64,000 bases of DNA. Source: Planctomycetota bacterium (lineage in GTDB: Bacteria; Planctomycetota; UBA11346). The notes under the pieces were generated by a model. The model did not search any database and was not told the DNA's origin. It worked only from the letters and a program-made list of their open reading frames with translations. How positions within the stretch are numbered: the first letter of the stretch is position 1; each line of letters begins with the position of its first letter. Both the position numbers and the translations under genes were made by a program. This document shows, piece by piece, positions 28,602 through 41,507 of the stretch. The stretch spans positions 4,205-68,204 of the forward strand of contig JBBQSO010000011.1 in assembly GCA_038213805.1 (NCBI GenBank). Reading direction: 5' to 3'.

Positions 28602-29006
28602 CTAACCGACTTCCGGACTTCCGGACTTCCGGACTTCCGGACCCTCCGCCTCATCGTACTTGCGATTCGATCCCTTGAACACCGCCACCGGGTACTTGGT
28701 GCGCGCCTTCTGCAGCTTGCGCGCGAAGGCGGTGGTCAGGTCGACGCCGCTGCGGTCGGCGAGACGGATGAGCAGGGTGAAGACATCAGCGAGCTCGTCA
28801 GCCCAGTCCTCCTCCTTGCCGGGCGGCACGGGCGGCTGGGTGTCGCCCTGCCAGCGCACGATCTCCGCGGCCTCGCCGACCTCGCCCATCAGCGCGAGCA
28901 GCAGGTTGCGTGGCGAGTGGAATTGCGCCCAGTCGCGTTCATCGGCAAAGGCGGCCACCTCGCGGCGGATGTCCTCGAGGTTGCGGTCGGCGAATGGCAT
29001 GCACAT
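28602..29006 (-). CDS. MazG-like nucleotide pyrophosphohydrolase (dCTP pyrophosphatase-like)
   Basis: FADERDWAQFHSPRNLLLALMGEVGEAAE, DELADV, KYP. Confidence 0.92.
   Translation of the reverse strand: MCMPFADRNLEDIRREVAAFADERDWAQFHSPRNLLLALMGEVGEAAEIVRWQGDTQPPVPPGKEEDWADELADVFTLLIRLADRSGVDLTTAFARKLQKARTKYPVAVFKGSNRKYDEAEGPEVRKSGSPEVG
28608..28642. repeat. Tandem octamer (TTCCGGAC)x4
   Basis: GAC followed by four exact copies at 28611-28642, within the last codons of the MazG-like gene. Confidence 0.9.
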
Positions 29007-29084
29007 CTCGCGGGTGGAGCCGCGAGCATGTGCGGCGCCGCGGACGCGGGAAGCGGCGAGCGCCGCGCTGCCGTGTAACGCCGC

Positions 29085-29666
29085 TCACGGCTTCGCGGGC
29101 GGCGCCTTGGTCAGCAGGCTGGTGCGTAGCCGCGCGTCGATGTTCTTTTCCCCGACCCAGATCGAGAACAGCGCCTGCGCGAAATCCGCGCCCGGCACGG
29201 TGCCGAGCACCGTGCCGTTGCGGCTCAGTTCGGTCCCGGTCTTGGGCACATAGGTCAGCGCGTAGCGGTCGCCCGCCTTGATGTCGACATAGAGTTTATT
29301 GAGAGCATCGACCTGTGGCCGGATCGCCGCCAGGGTCGCGGCACTGATGTTGTCGCCGATGGTGGCGTTGGTCGCCTTCACGAAATCGCCGGCGTCGATG
29401 GCGTAGAAGTAGTGCAGCTCGAGTCGCTTCGGGACGTCCTTCAGGACATCCGCCACCGCGCCGCCGGGGGCCAGGTAGAGCGCGGAGCAGTAGGCGGTGA
29501 AGAACGCCCGGTAGATGAGGTGTCCGACGCCATGCAGCGCGAAGGGCTGGCCGTCGGCGGTCAGCGTGTCAGCGAAGTCCTGGCCGTCGATCTGGGCCGC
29601 GCTGCCAATGTTGGGAGTGGCGCACAGCAGGGCGGAGAACGCGGCGACGGTAAGCAGGCGGGGCAT
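29085..29666 (-). CDS. Secreted chalcone isomerase-like protein
   Basis: Signal peptide; LHGVG..Y.AFFTAY..ALY, DIKAGDRYALTY.P..GT, GADFAQALFSIWVG. Confidence 0.85.
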   Translation of the reverse strand: MPRLLTVAAFSALLCATPNIGSAAQIDGQDFADTLTADGQPFALHGVGHLIYRAFFTAYCSALYLAPGGAVADVLKDVPKRLELHYFYAIDAGDFVKATNATIGDNISAATLAAIRPQVDALNKLYVDIKAGDRYALTYVPKTGTELSRNGTVLGTVPGADFAQALFSIWVGEKNIDARLRTSLLTKAPPAKP

Positions 29667-29758
29667 GGCGGGTCCTGTCGGCTTGGATGATCTGGGCTTC
29701 ACGAGCATACGACGGAAAGCGGACAGCGGATCTGGATGTCCGCGCGCCCGGCCGGCGC

Positions 29759-30325
29759 CTATTTGGCGTCCAGCACCCGCATCACCATGCCGGTCACCGG
29801 CTCGACGTACCGCGACATCGGCCCGGGCAGGCGGCCGTAGAGCACGAAGATGGCCGTCTCGAGGAACAGTCCGATGACCGCGGCGGCGAGCAGCGCCGGC
29901 TCGCCGGTGATGCGGCCGAGTGCGATCTGCTGGGCGAAGATCTCGGTGATGACGTCCTGCGGCATGCGCAGGTCGGTGGGCAGGCTCTTGGCGAGTTCGT
30001 GCTGCACCAGCAGCACGAAGCGGAACACCAGCGGCTGCTCGTCGTAGAGCAGGTAGCAGGCCGCGCAGCCCGCCTGCATCTTTGCGCCCAGCTCGTCCTG
30101 GCTGGCAAGTGCCGTCTCGATGCGCGCGCGCACCTCGGTGAGGTGCTCGATATAGAGCGCGGCGACCAGCGCCTCTTTATTCGCCCAATGGCGGTAGAGC
30201 GCAGCCTCGGAACAGCCCGCGTGCTTGGCGATGTCGCGGATGCCGGTGCCGTGCACACCCTGCTCGACAAACAGCTCCAGGGCTGCGATTTTGAGGGGCT
30301 CGCGTGCTTTCGGTGGCCGTGCCAT
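29759..30325 (-). CDS. TetR/AcrR-family transcriptional regulator
   Basis: AALELFVEQGVHGTGIRDIAKHAGCSEAALYRHWANKEAL. Confidence 0.93.
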   Translation of the reverse strand: MARPPKAREPLKIAALELFVEQGVHGTGIRDIAKHAGCSEAALYRHWANKEALVAALYIEHLTEVRARIETALASQDELGAKMQAGCAACYLLYDEQPLVFRFVLLVQHELAKSLPTDLRMPQDVITEIFAQQIALGRITGEPALLAAAVIGLFLETAIFVLYGRLPGPMSRYVEPVTGMVMRVLDAK

Positions 30326-30461
30326 GGCTGGCAGTATGTCATGGAGCGCTGCACCACAAGAACATGCATCCAGCGTCTCCGTGTGGCGACGGTCTGTGGG
30401 CAGCGTTGTTCCCTGACATTGGGGACTTGCCGGGGTCAGGCGGAACGGATGATGCACTTCT

Positions 30462-31739
30462 GTGGACCCCGCCGCCCTGTCTGAAACCGCGCCAACCCAG
30501 CGCCCACCGGGGCGCTTGGCCACCACCTTCGACATCTTTGCCTGGTACGACGAGGTGCGGGCCTGCGGCCGGCCGGTCGCCTGGTGTTCGGCATTCGCCC
30601 CGGCAGAGGCCTTGCTCGCGGTCGGCGTGATGCCGGTCTATCCGGAGAACCATGCCGCCATGCTTGGCGCCCTGTCCGAGCAGCGCGACGCGGCGGCGCC
30701 GTATGCGCGGGCCGCAATCGCTGCGGCAGAGGGGGCCGGCCTGGCGGCGCCGCGCCTGTGCAGCTACGCCCTGGCCGACCTCGGCACCCTGCACGGCGCA
30801 CCTTCGCCGATCGGCGGCCTGCCGGCGCCCGACCTGTTCTACGCCTGCGACAGCCAGTGTGCGGTGGTGGCGCGCTGGGGCGATGAAGTGCAGCGCTTCT
30901 TCGCCGACCCACAGCGGGCCGCGCCGCGCACCCTGCCGCACTACGTTCTGCACGCCCCGCCGCTGACCCGCGCCGAGCGCCACACGCCGGCTGAACTCGC
31001 CGGCTTCGCCGCGCAGCTCGAAACACATCTGCAGGATATCGCCGCGCGCTTCGGCACACGCGTCGACCACGACCGCCTGGCCGCGGTGGTGGCGGAATCG
31101 GCGGCGGCGAACCGCCTGTGGCAGCGCTGCCTGGAACTCGGCCGGCGCCGGCCGGCGCCGTGGACCAGCTTCGACGCCTTCACCGCCATGGCGCCGATCG
31201 TCATCGCGCGCGGCACGCCACGCTGCACCGACTTCTACCGCCGTCTGCTCGCCGAACTCGAGGCGCGCGTCGCCGCCGGCGTGGCCGCAGTGCCGGGCGA
31301 GCGCGTGCGCCTGCTGTGGGACGCCATCCCGATCTGGCCGCGCAAGAATTGGCTGGCCAAGGCGTGCGCGGCGCGCGGCGTGGCGGTGGTGGCGAGCACC
31401 TACACGCATTCCTGGTGGTTCGAGTTTGAGCCCGCGCAGCCGTTCGCATCCGTGGTCGAACGCTACGCGTGGAACACCATGAACCGCTCCGGCGCCTGGG
31501 TGCTCGACTGGACGCTGGGCCTGGTGCGCGACTACGCGGCGGATGGCATCCTCGCGCACTGGAATCGCAGCTGTGGGATCTGGAACAGCTACGTGAAACG
31601 CCGCCTGCCGGGGTTCGCGGCGGCCGGGGTTCCGACCCTGGTTATCGCGGCGGACATGGTGGATGCGCGGGCGTTCGACGCAGACCAGGTCGAGCGCGAT
31701 CTGGATGCGTTCCTCGCAGGACTGCGCCCCGGGATCTGA
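30462..31739 (+). CDS. 2-hydroxyacyl-CoA dehydratase family subunit (HgdA/FldB-like)
   Basis: PAEALLAVGVMPVYPENHAA, LCSYA, GGLPAPD, ERVRLLWD.IP.W, DGILAHWNRSC, ADMVD.R. Confidence 0.88.
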   Translation: MDPAALSETAPTQRPPGRLATTFDIFAWYDEVRACGRPVAWCSAFAPAEALLAVGVMPVYPENHAAMLGALSEQRDAAAPYARAAIAAAEGAGLAAPRLCSYALADLGTLHGAPSPIGGLPAPDLFYACDSQCAVVARWGDEVQRFFADPQRAAPRTLPHYVLHAPPLTRAERHTPAELAGFAAQLETHLQDIAARFGTRVDHDRLAAVVAESAAANRLWQRCLELGRRRPAPWTSFDAFTAMAPIVIARGTPRCTDFYRRLLAELEARVAAGVAAVPGERVRLLWDAIPIWPRKNWLAKACAARGVAVVASTYTHSWWFEFEPAQPFASVVERYAWNTMNRSGAWVLDWTLGLVRDYAADGILAHWNRSCGIWNSYVKRRLPGFAAAGVPTLVIAADMVDARAFDADQVERDLDAFLAGLRPGI

Positions 31740-31795
31740 CCGGCTGGGCGTTTCCGCCCTTGGCAAGGCGGGTGCCGCCTCCTACGGTCCACCCC

Positions 31796-33285
<1,490 letters not shown>

Positions 33286-33289
<4 letters not shown>

Positions 33290-34101
33290 GGGGCGCGCTG
33301 CTGCCCATCCTGATGGTCGCCAGTACCGGCCATGGCGCGCTCGCCGCTGCGGAGGGCAGACTGGAGGACGCGCGCGAGCAGGTGCGCACAGCGCATCCAT
33401 CCTCGTCCTCGTCGCCACCTTCTGGCGGCGCTGGGCGCCGCGAATCTTCGACGGGATCGTCCGCTGATTCCATCGAGGTCGATGACGCCTTCGTGGGCGT
33501 CTGCGCCTATGCCCTGCTCTCGCCCTTCGTTGTGCCCAACGCGCTGATGGAAGATCAGGACTTCGCATTCCCCCCCTTGGCGCCACGCCCCTACGCCGCC
33601 CCTCCGGCCGCGGGCGGCTGGTGGACGCTGCGCCTGGGCGCGGAGTACGCCTACGAGCAGGATCAGCTGCACCGCTTCAGCGCCAGCACCGTGGTGGAGA
33701 CGCGCTCCCGGCTGGGTCTGAGCGCCGGCTGGGACCGCTATGAGCAACGCGGCAGCGCCCACGACCGGATCGACCTCGGCGACGCCGAGGTGACGCTACG
33801 CTTCGCCCAATGCGCCTGGGGGCACATGCACCTGGGCCTTGGCGTGCGCTGGCTGAGCGATCGCGTCGGCACCGAGGTGGGCTTCAACGCCACGTACGGC
33901 GGCGAGTTCTTCCCCGTCCAACCGTGGACGGCGGCCTTCCAGCTCGAGCTCGGCCGGCTGGGCGAGGCCACGGTGTTCCGCGCGCGCGCCAGCATCGGCG
34001 CCCAGGTCCTGGGCCTGCAGCCGTACATCGGCTACGGATTCCTGGCCCTCGGCAGCGTGGACTTCCACGGTCCGCTCGCAGGACTCACGATTTCATTCTG
34101 A
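33286..34101 (+). CDS. Hypothetical exported protein, likely outer-membrane beta-barrel
   Basis: GTG overlaps the AAA stop; signal peptide; alternating beta-strand pattern; C-terminal Phe (GLTISF). Confidence 0.7.
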
Positions 34102-34166
34102 CGGCCAACGGCGCAGTCATGAGGGTTGGGCGGGAGGCGTGGTAGCCATCCGCCGTCAGACCCATC

Positions 34167-35423
34167 TCACATCTTCGGCTTGCCCTGGAACCCCAGGTTG
34201 TCGATCACCAGTTCACCATCGGTGTGGCCGTTGTAGATGATGATCTGCAGCTGGCGCACGTCGTTCAGGTCGGCGATGCGCCCGGTGTTGGCCCAGCTGC
34301 TGGCGATGCTCTTGAAGTTCGAGCCCTTGAGGTCGACGCGCACCTGCTGGAACTCGTCGCCGGGCTGGATGGTCTTCTGCGGGCTCTCGTGGAAGAGGTA
34401 GCGGTCGCCGGTCTTCAGCGCGACCGAGATGTTCACCGGCTTGTCGCTGGTGTTCTTGATCTGGAAGGCGAGCACCGAGTTGTCGAGCACCGAGGTGGTC
34501 ATGCCGCGCATCACCGCGGATTTGTCCTTGTCGCCGCCCTTGAAGCCGACGCGTAGCGCCTTGCTCGGGCCATCCGGGGTCTCGATCTGCACGGTCTGGA
34601 CCTCGACCGGGTTCGACCACTGGATGGCCTCGGTGTCCCAGCCGCGCGCCTCAAGGCCATCGACTACCGGTCCACCCGGGCGGGTGACCGCGGCGGTGGG
34701 CGCCGCTGCGGATGCGGCCAGCGCGGGCACGGGCGCAGTGGGCGAGGTCGCGTCGGGGCCCTTGGCGTCGGTGACCGGGCCGCCGAACTGCGTCTCGTAA
34801 TCGGCTTTGCTCTTTTCAAGCTCGGCGAGGCGCTCCAGGGTCGCGGGATCCTTGCCCCCGGCAGCGCGATAGGCTTGGTAGGCGGGCATGGCCTCGACCG
34901 GACCCTGCTGTTCGTCGATCAAACGAGCGTAGAGCGCGCGTGCGGGCAGCCTGACGCCGGGCAGGGCCACAGCCAGGTGCAGCAGCTCCAAGGCCTCGGA
35001 GTTGCGGCCGGTGGCGCGGCACCACAGCGCCAGCTCGGTGAGACCGGCGAGATCGTCGTCCTGCACGCGTTTGCGGCGTGCGGGGTAGCCGAGGTCTTCG
35101 CCCGCCACTTGCGCCTTGGGCATGCGGATGATGCCGTTGCCGGTGTTGATTGCGACCTGATCGGGTCCGACGTCGGCAGTGGGGTCGATGAAGCCGGCGA
35201 TGCGCTGGTGGTTGACCAGCAGCACGGTGTCCTGCGTCGCCGGGGCCGGCGCGGCCACTGCCGCCGGGGCCGGGGCCGGGGCGGGAGCCGGGACGGTGGC
35301 TTTTACCGGCGCGGCGGCAGCCGTGGCGGCGCCCACCGCAATCAGCACGACAAGGGTGCGCAGGCCCACCGGGAACACGGCGAAGAAGCGCGCGGGGGCA
35401 GATGATGTGCGGGGGGGCGGCAT
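34167..35423 (-). CDS. Exported protein with Pro/Ala linker, helical region and C-terminal carbohydrate-binding-like (CBM11/CIA30-like) domain
   Basis: 3' part of ORF 34167..36848 with strong codon bias; signal-like LRTLVVLIAVGAATAAA; KALRV.FKG...FQQVRVDL...VRQLQI...GELVIDNL. Confidence 0.7.
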   Translation of the reverse strand: MPPPRTSSAPARFFAVFPVGLRTLVVLIAVGAATAAAAPVKATVPAPAPAPAPAAVAAPAPATQDTVLLVNHQRIAGFIDPTADVGPDQVAINTGNGIIRMPKAQVAGEDLGYPARRKRVQDDDLAGLTELALWCRATGRNSEALELLHLAVALPGVRLPARALYARLIDEQQGPVEAMPAYQAYRAAGGKDPATLERLAELEKSKADYETQFGGPVTDAKGPDATSPTAPVPALAASAAAPTAAVTRPGGPVVDGLEARGWDTEAIQWSNPVEVQTVQIETPDGPSKALRVGFKGGDKDKSAVMRGMTTSVLDNSVLAFQIKNTSDKPVNISVALKTGDRYLFHESPQKTIQPGDEFQQVRVDLKGSNFKSIASSWANTGRIADLNDVRQLQIIIYNGHTDGELVIDNLGFQGKPKM

Positions 35424-35629
35424 GCGGTCGACGGCGCGCAGTATCCGCCGTGCACGGGACTCCGCAATCGGCGCCTCAGCGCGGATCGCGGCAGGTATCA
35501 GACGCTGGCCCGCCTGGGCTGGGGGAGCGGGGGAGGTCCGGCTGTGCGCGTCTGGGTCCATGCCAGGGACATTGACGGTCGGAGAGCCGGCTGCTGTCAT
35601 GGCGCTTCGCGCGGCCGCGGCGGACCGGC

Positions 35630-37405
<1,776 letters not shown>

Positions 37406-37478
37406 CGGGGCAGGATACCCCGTTCCTGCCTAAATGCCAAGGCCGGATGGGCTTGGCGGCGACATTCCGGAGCGGCGG

Positions 37479-38093
37479 CTAGAAGCGGTAGCCGACCGCC
37501 AGGGTGGCGTTGATGCCATTGGACTTGAAGGAATCGCCGTTCGCCCCGCTCGCTCCGTGCAGGGTCATGCGGTTGGTCGCCCAACCCGCGGTGATGCCGA
37601 ACTGGTAGTGCTCGTCAAAGGTGTGGAACCAGCCGATCTCGCCGAGGATGATGGTGGCGTCGCCGTCCTTGTGGAAGTCGGTGTGGCTGTCCTTGAAGGA
37701 CATGTAGCCCTTGCCGTAGCCGACGACGACCTCGACGTGGTCCTCCTTGCCGGCGTAGATGCCGATGCCGCCGAGCAGTTCACCGCCATAGAGGTGGACC
37801 TTGCCGTCAGGCGAGCGCTCGAAGGGGATCAGCTCGCTGACGCCGCGGACGCCGATGACGATGCCCAGGCTGCTGTCGACGTCGATGACGTGCGCGCTCT
37901 TGTCGCCAATGTCACCTGCCATCAGCGTCAGCTCCGCCAGCCGCCCGCTGTTGGCAGCCACCCCGGCCTGGGCGCGCAGGTCGACGAATGCCAGCAGGGG
38001 TTGGTCTTCGGCGTGGAGCCCGGCGTCGGCCAGCCCGGCGATGAGGAGGGGGGTGACGCAGGCTAGGCGCAGGCGCAGGGGGCGGTTCGACAT
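37479..38093 (-). CDS. Outer-membrane beta-barrel protein
   Basis: Signal peptide; amphipathic strands; C-terminal beta-signal LAVGYRF. Confidence 0.75.
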   Translation of the reverse strand: MSNRPLRLRLACVTPLLIAGLADAGLHAEDQPLLAFVDLRAQAGVAANSGRLAELTLMAGDIGDKSAHVIDVDSSLGIVIGVRGVSELIPFERSPDGKVHLYGGELLGGIGIYAGKEDHVEVVVGYGKGYMSFKDSHTDFHKDGDATIILGEIGWFHTFDEHYQFGITAGWATNRMTLHGASGANGDSFKSNGINATLAVGYRF

Positions 38094-38197
38094 GGGCGGC
38101 ACGCTAGTGCTCCGCGGGGCGGTTCCAAGCGTCGGAGGCGTCAGGGTATGCGCACCGCGGCTTGACAGAGTGGCTGCACGTGGGCCATAGAATGGGA

Positions 38198-41100
38198 ATG
38201 GGCACCGATATTCAGCCGGCCGTCAGGAAGGGTACGGCCGGTGCGGGCGACCAGCGCCTGGTCGGCTACCATACCGACGCGCTGCTCTTTGAAGCGGTGC
38301 TGGGCAGTGGCGCAATGGGTGTGGTCTACCGCGGGCGGCAGGTACGCCTCGACCGCCTGGTGGCGATCAAAGTCATCGCCGCGCACCTCGCCGGCGACCC
38401 GGCCTATGTCGACCGCTTCGATCGCGAAGCGCGCACCCTGGCCCGCCTGCACCATCCCGGCATCGTCGCCTGCTACGACTTCGGCCCGCTGCCCGGCCCG
38501 GCGGGCGAGACGCTGCTGCTCATGGTCATGGAGTTCGTCGACGGCAGCAGCCTCGGTGACCTGCTCAAGTCCCGGGCGATGGGGGTGCGCGCCGTGCTTG
38601 AGCTGCACCGCCAGGCCGCTGAAGGCCTCGCCGCCGCCCACCATGCCGGGGTCGTGCACCGCGACATCAAGCCCGACAACATCATGGTGACCAGGGATGG
38701 CCTGGCCAAGATCACCGATTTCGGCCTGGCCAAGTGCGAGGACAACGCCTCGCTCACCCAGGTCGGCCTGCTCATGGGCTCGCCCGCCTTCATGGCGCCG
38801 GAGGTCTGCGCCGGTGGCGTCCCGACCGCGTCCTCGGACCTCTACAGCCTCGGCTGCGCCCTTTACGCGGCGCTGGTCGGGCAGGTGCCCTATCCCTCGC
38901 CCTCGTCCCTGGAGTCCATCCAGCTCCATCTCAAAGCCCCGGTTCCAGCGCTCTCCGGGCGCCGTCCGGAGCTGGCCATGCTGGATGCCCTGCTGCGCCG
39001 CCTGCTGGCTAAGGATCCCGCGGAGCGCTGCGCGACCGCCCAGGAGCTGGCCCAGGAGCTGGCCAGGGTCATCCCGCTGGTGCCAGAGCAGGCGATGTGC
39101 GGGCGCCGTCCGGAAAAATCCTACGCCTCTACTCCAGAACTGCAGACGGTCATGCAGTCGGCGGCGACCATGGCCGTCCCTGCAGAAATCCGGGTGCCGC
39201 CGTCGCGCCGCACCGTTTCGCAGCTGCTGCCGGTAGTGCATGCGCCCGTTGCCGCTGCTCCGTCCCCTGCTTCGGCCGCGCTGCCGCCCCTGCCCACGCT
39301 GGCGCCGCCTTCCGCAGTGGCGTCGGCTGTGCCGAACGCACCGCCACTGCCGGCGCCCCCGCCTTCATCGCGCGGCGAGGCCAAGCCGGCGCGCACCGCC
39401 CGTCAGAGCGACGTGCTGGCCTTCCCCTTCCCGGTGGCTGGCGAAGAAGCGCCCCCCGCGCTGCCTGAACCGGCGGTGGTGGCGGACGCGGTGCAGACCC
39501 CGACTCCGACCCCGGTGCCCGCCGTCCCCACCAGCGGGGGCGGGCCGGCGACCGTGGCGCGGCGCAAGCACCAGCGCCTCGCCGTGCTGCGCGAGTCCGC
39601 CGACCACCTCCGCCAGAACGAGGCCAAAGAGGGTGGCGCAGAGGGCGACCGCCTGCTCGCCGCCGGCAAGCTGCTGTCGGCGGCCACCACCTTCGAGATC
39701 GCGGCGCGCGCGTTGCCCGCGGGCGAGCTGCGCCGTGTGCTGGTCGACAAGGCCGAGCGCGCGCGCCTGGACCATGGACATCGACGCCTGCGCCGCGTCG
39801 GCATCGGCCTGATGCTCGGTATCGCGGTGGCCGGCGGCGGTGGGGTGGCGCTGTGGCGCACCGGCATGCTCGCGCGGCTTACTCACCAGATCGCGCCGGC
39901 CCTGGCGGCCGCCCAGGACCCTCAGGTCCCCGAGGACAGTGGCCCGCGCTTGGTCGACCGCCTCACGCGCCAGATCGACGATACCGCCGTGGCATGGCCC
40001 ACCATCCTGGAGGAGGCCGCGCGCCATGCCGCACATGGCGGCCCCGACATGCGCGCCTTCGCCAGCTTGCGCGATCGCGCCCAGCAAGAGGTCGCGGCGA
40101 TGACCGCGGCCATCACCGCGATCGATGCGCTGGCGGGCAGCGAGCCGTCGACCGCCCTGGTGCGCAGCCTGGCCTTCCGCGCCGACCACCCGCGGGCCGG
40201 CACGCTCGCGCAGCGCCTGCCCCTGCCCGGTCGGCTGCAGATCTCGGGCGCGCCGGCGGACCAGCTCGACATCCGCATTTCCGGCGTGCGCATGCCGGCG
40301 GCGGCGAGGCTGGTTTTCTGCCGCCACGCCGACACACCGACCACGATCAGCATCACCGCGCCCGGCTTCCACGCGGTCGAGCTTGAGGTCCCGCCCGACC
40401 CGGCCGAAGCCGAGCGCCTGGTGACGGTGGTGCTGCACGAGGCGCCGCTGTGGGCGCTGCCCGCCGGCAGCGCCGCGGGCCTGGTGTGGGCGCAGCTCCT
40501 GCCCGGCCCCGCGGCCGCGCCGGGGACCCTGGTCGTGGCCGGACCGGAAGGCCTGCGCCTGGTGCGCAGCACCGATGGCGTGGTGCTGGGAAGCCTCGAC
40601 CGCACCGCCATCCCGGCGATCGCCGACGCCAGTTTCACCCCGCTCGCCGGCGACCCCGACCCCGGCCGCGTCGTGGTCGGAACCAGCTCCGGCCTGTGCC
40701 TGGCCGCGGCCGTCGACGCCAACGGCTTCGCGGCCGCGCATGTGGTGCATCGCGGCGCGCCGGCAGTGGCGCTGGTCGAACGTGAGCTGCTGCTGCGCCT
40801 CGGCCAGCGCGCCGTCTTCGTCATCGAACGCGAGCGCGGGCGCTTCACCCTGGTCGCCGAGAGCGCAGACCGGCAGTTCTGGCAGAAGCCCCTCAACGGC
40901 GCGCTGCAGCCGTGGTTCGCGGCGCGCGATGACGGCCTGCTGGTGATTGATGACTTCGTCATCCACGCGCTCACCCAGGAGGGGGAGGCCGCCGATGCCG
41001 AGCTGCCGGCGCGGCGCAGCGGCGCGGTCGCCATGCTCGGCCAAGGACGCTTTCTGGTGGTCGCGACCGCCACCGGGGTGAGCTGCTGGCGGGCGCGTTC

Positions 41101-41506
41101 CGGCAAGCCGGGATATGAGCCGATCACCGAAGCCGGTGAACTCGGCACTCTGCACGCGGTCGCGCTCGTCAGCGACGGCGACCAGCTGCTCAGCGCCGAC
41201 GCCAGCGGCGCGCTGCGCCTGTGGAACCTCCGAGATGGCATCGCTCAGCCCACCTGGTCGGTGGCGCTGCCGGCCGGGCGCAGCTTTGCGCCCCAGCTCG
41301 CGCTCGCGGGCGGCTCCGCCGTCTGCGTCGACGACCAGGGCACCATCCGCATCGTCGAGCGCGCCAGCCACACGCTGGTGCGCACCATTCCCACCGGCGC
41401 GCCGCTCGCCACGGCACCTTTCATCGCTGCCGGGCGCATCATCGTCGTCGACGCCGGTGGCGAGGTCGACGGCTACGCGCTGGCAGCGCCGGTGGTCGCG
41501 CCGTGA
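38198..41506 (+). CDS. Membrane Ser/Thr protein kinase with PEGA-like and PQQ/WD beta-propeller C-terminus
   Basis: LGSGAMGVVY, VAIK, VVHRDIKPDN, DFG, GSPAFMAPE; Pro-rich linker; TM; ISITAPGF; propeller-like repeats. Confidence 0.9.
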   Translation: MGTDIQPAVRKGTAGAGDQRLVGYHTDALLFEAVLGSGAMGVVYRGRQVRLDRLVAIKVIAAHLAGDPAYVDRFDREARTLARLHHPGIVACYDFGPLPGPAGETLLLMVMEFVDGSSLGDLLKSRAMGVRAVLELHRQAAEGLAAAHHAGVVHRDIKPDNIMVTRDGLAKITDFGLAKCEDNASLTQVGLLMGSPAFMAPEVCAGGVPTASSDLYSLGCALYAALVGQVPYPSPSSLESIQLHLKAPVPALSGRRPELAMLDALLRRLLAKDPAERCATAQELAQELARVIPLVPEQAMCGRRPEKSYASTPELQTVMQSAATMAVPAEIRVPPSRRTVSQLLPVVHAPVAAAPSPASAALPPLPTLAPPSAVASAVPNAPPLPAPPPSSRGEAKPARTARQSDVLAFPFPVAGEEAPPALPEPAVVADAVQTPTPTPVPAVPTSGGGPATVARRKHQRLAVLRESADHLRQNEAKEGGAEGDRLLAAGKLLSAATTFEIAARALPAGELRRVLVDKAERARLDHGHRRLRRVGIGLMLGIAVAGGGGVALWRTGMLARLTHQIAPALAAAQDPQVPEDSGPRLVDRLTRQIDDTAVAWPTILEEAARHAAHGGPDMRAFASLRDRAQQEVAAMTAAITAIDALAGSEPSTALVRSLAFRADHPRAGTLAQRLPLPGRLQISGAPADQLDIRISGVRMPAAARLVFCRHADTPTTISITAPGFHAVELEVPPDPAEAERLVTVVLHEAPLWALPAGSAAGLVWAQLLPGPAAAPGTLVVAGPEGLRLVRSTDGVVLGSLDRTAIPAIADASFTPLAGDPDPGRVVVGTSSGLCLAAAVDANGFAAAHVVHRGAPAVALVERELLLRLGQRAVFVIERERGRFTLVAESADRQFWQKPLNGALQPWFAARDDGLLVIDDFVIHALTQEGEAADAELPARRSGAVAMLGQGRFLVVATATGVSCWRARSGKPGYEPITEAGELGTLHAVALVSDGDQLLSADASGALRLWNLRDGIAQPTWSVALPAGRSFAPQLALAGGSAVCVDDQGTIRIVERASHTLVRTIPTGAPLATAPFIAAGRIIVVDAGGEVDGYALAAPVVAP

Positions 41507-41507
41507 C

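Noticed and set aside
28546-29082. GTGTAACGCC repeated on both sides of the MazG-like gene as a target-site duplication
   Set aside because: Only 10 bp with no mobility gene; could be chance or a half regulatory box
38162-38193. TTGACA...TAGAAT consensus promoter
   Set aside because: The spacer is 20 nt, too long for sigma70; the -10 alone may be real
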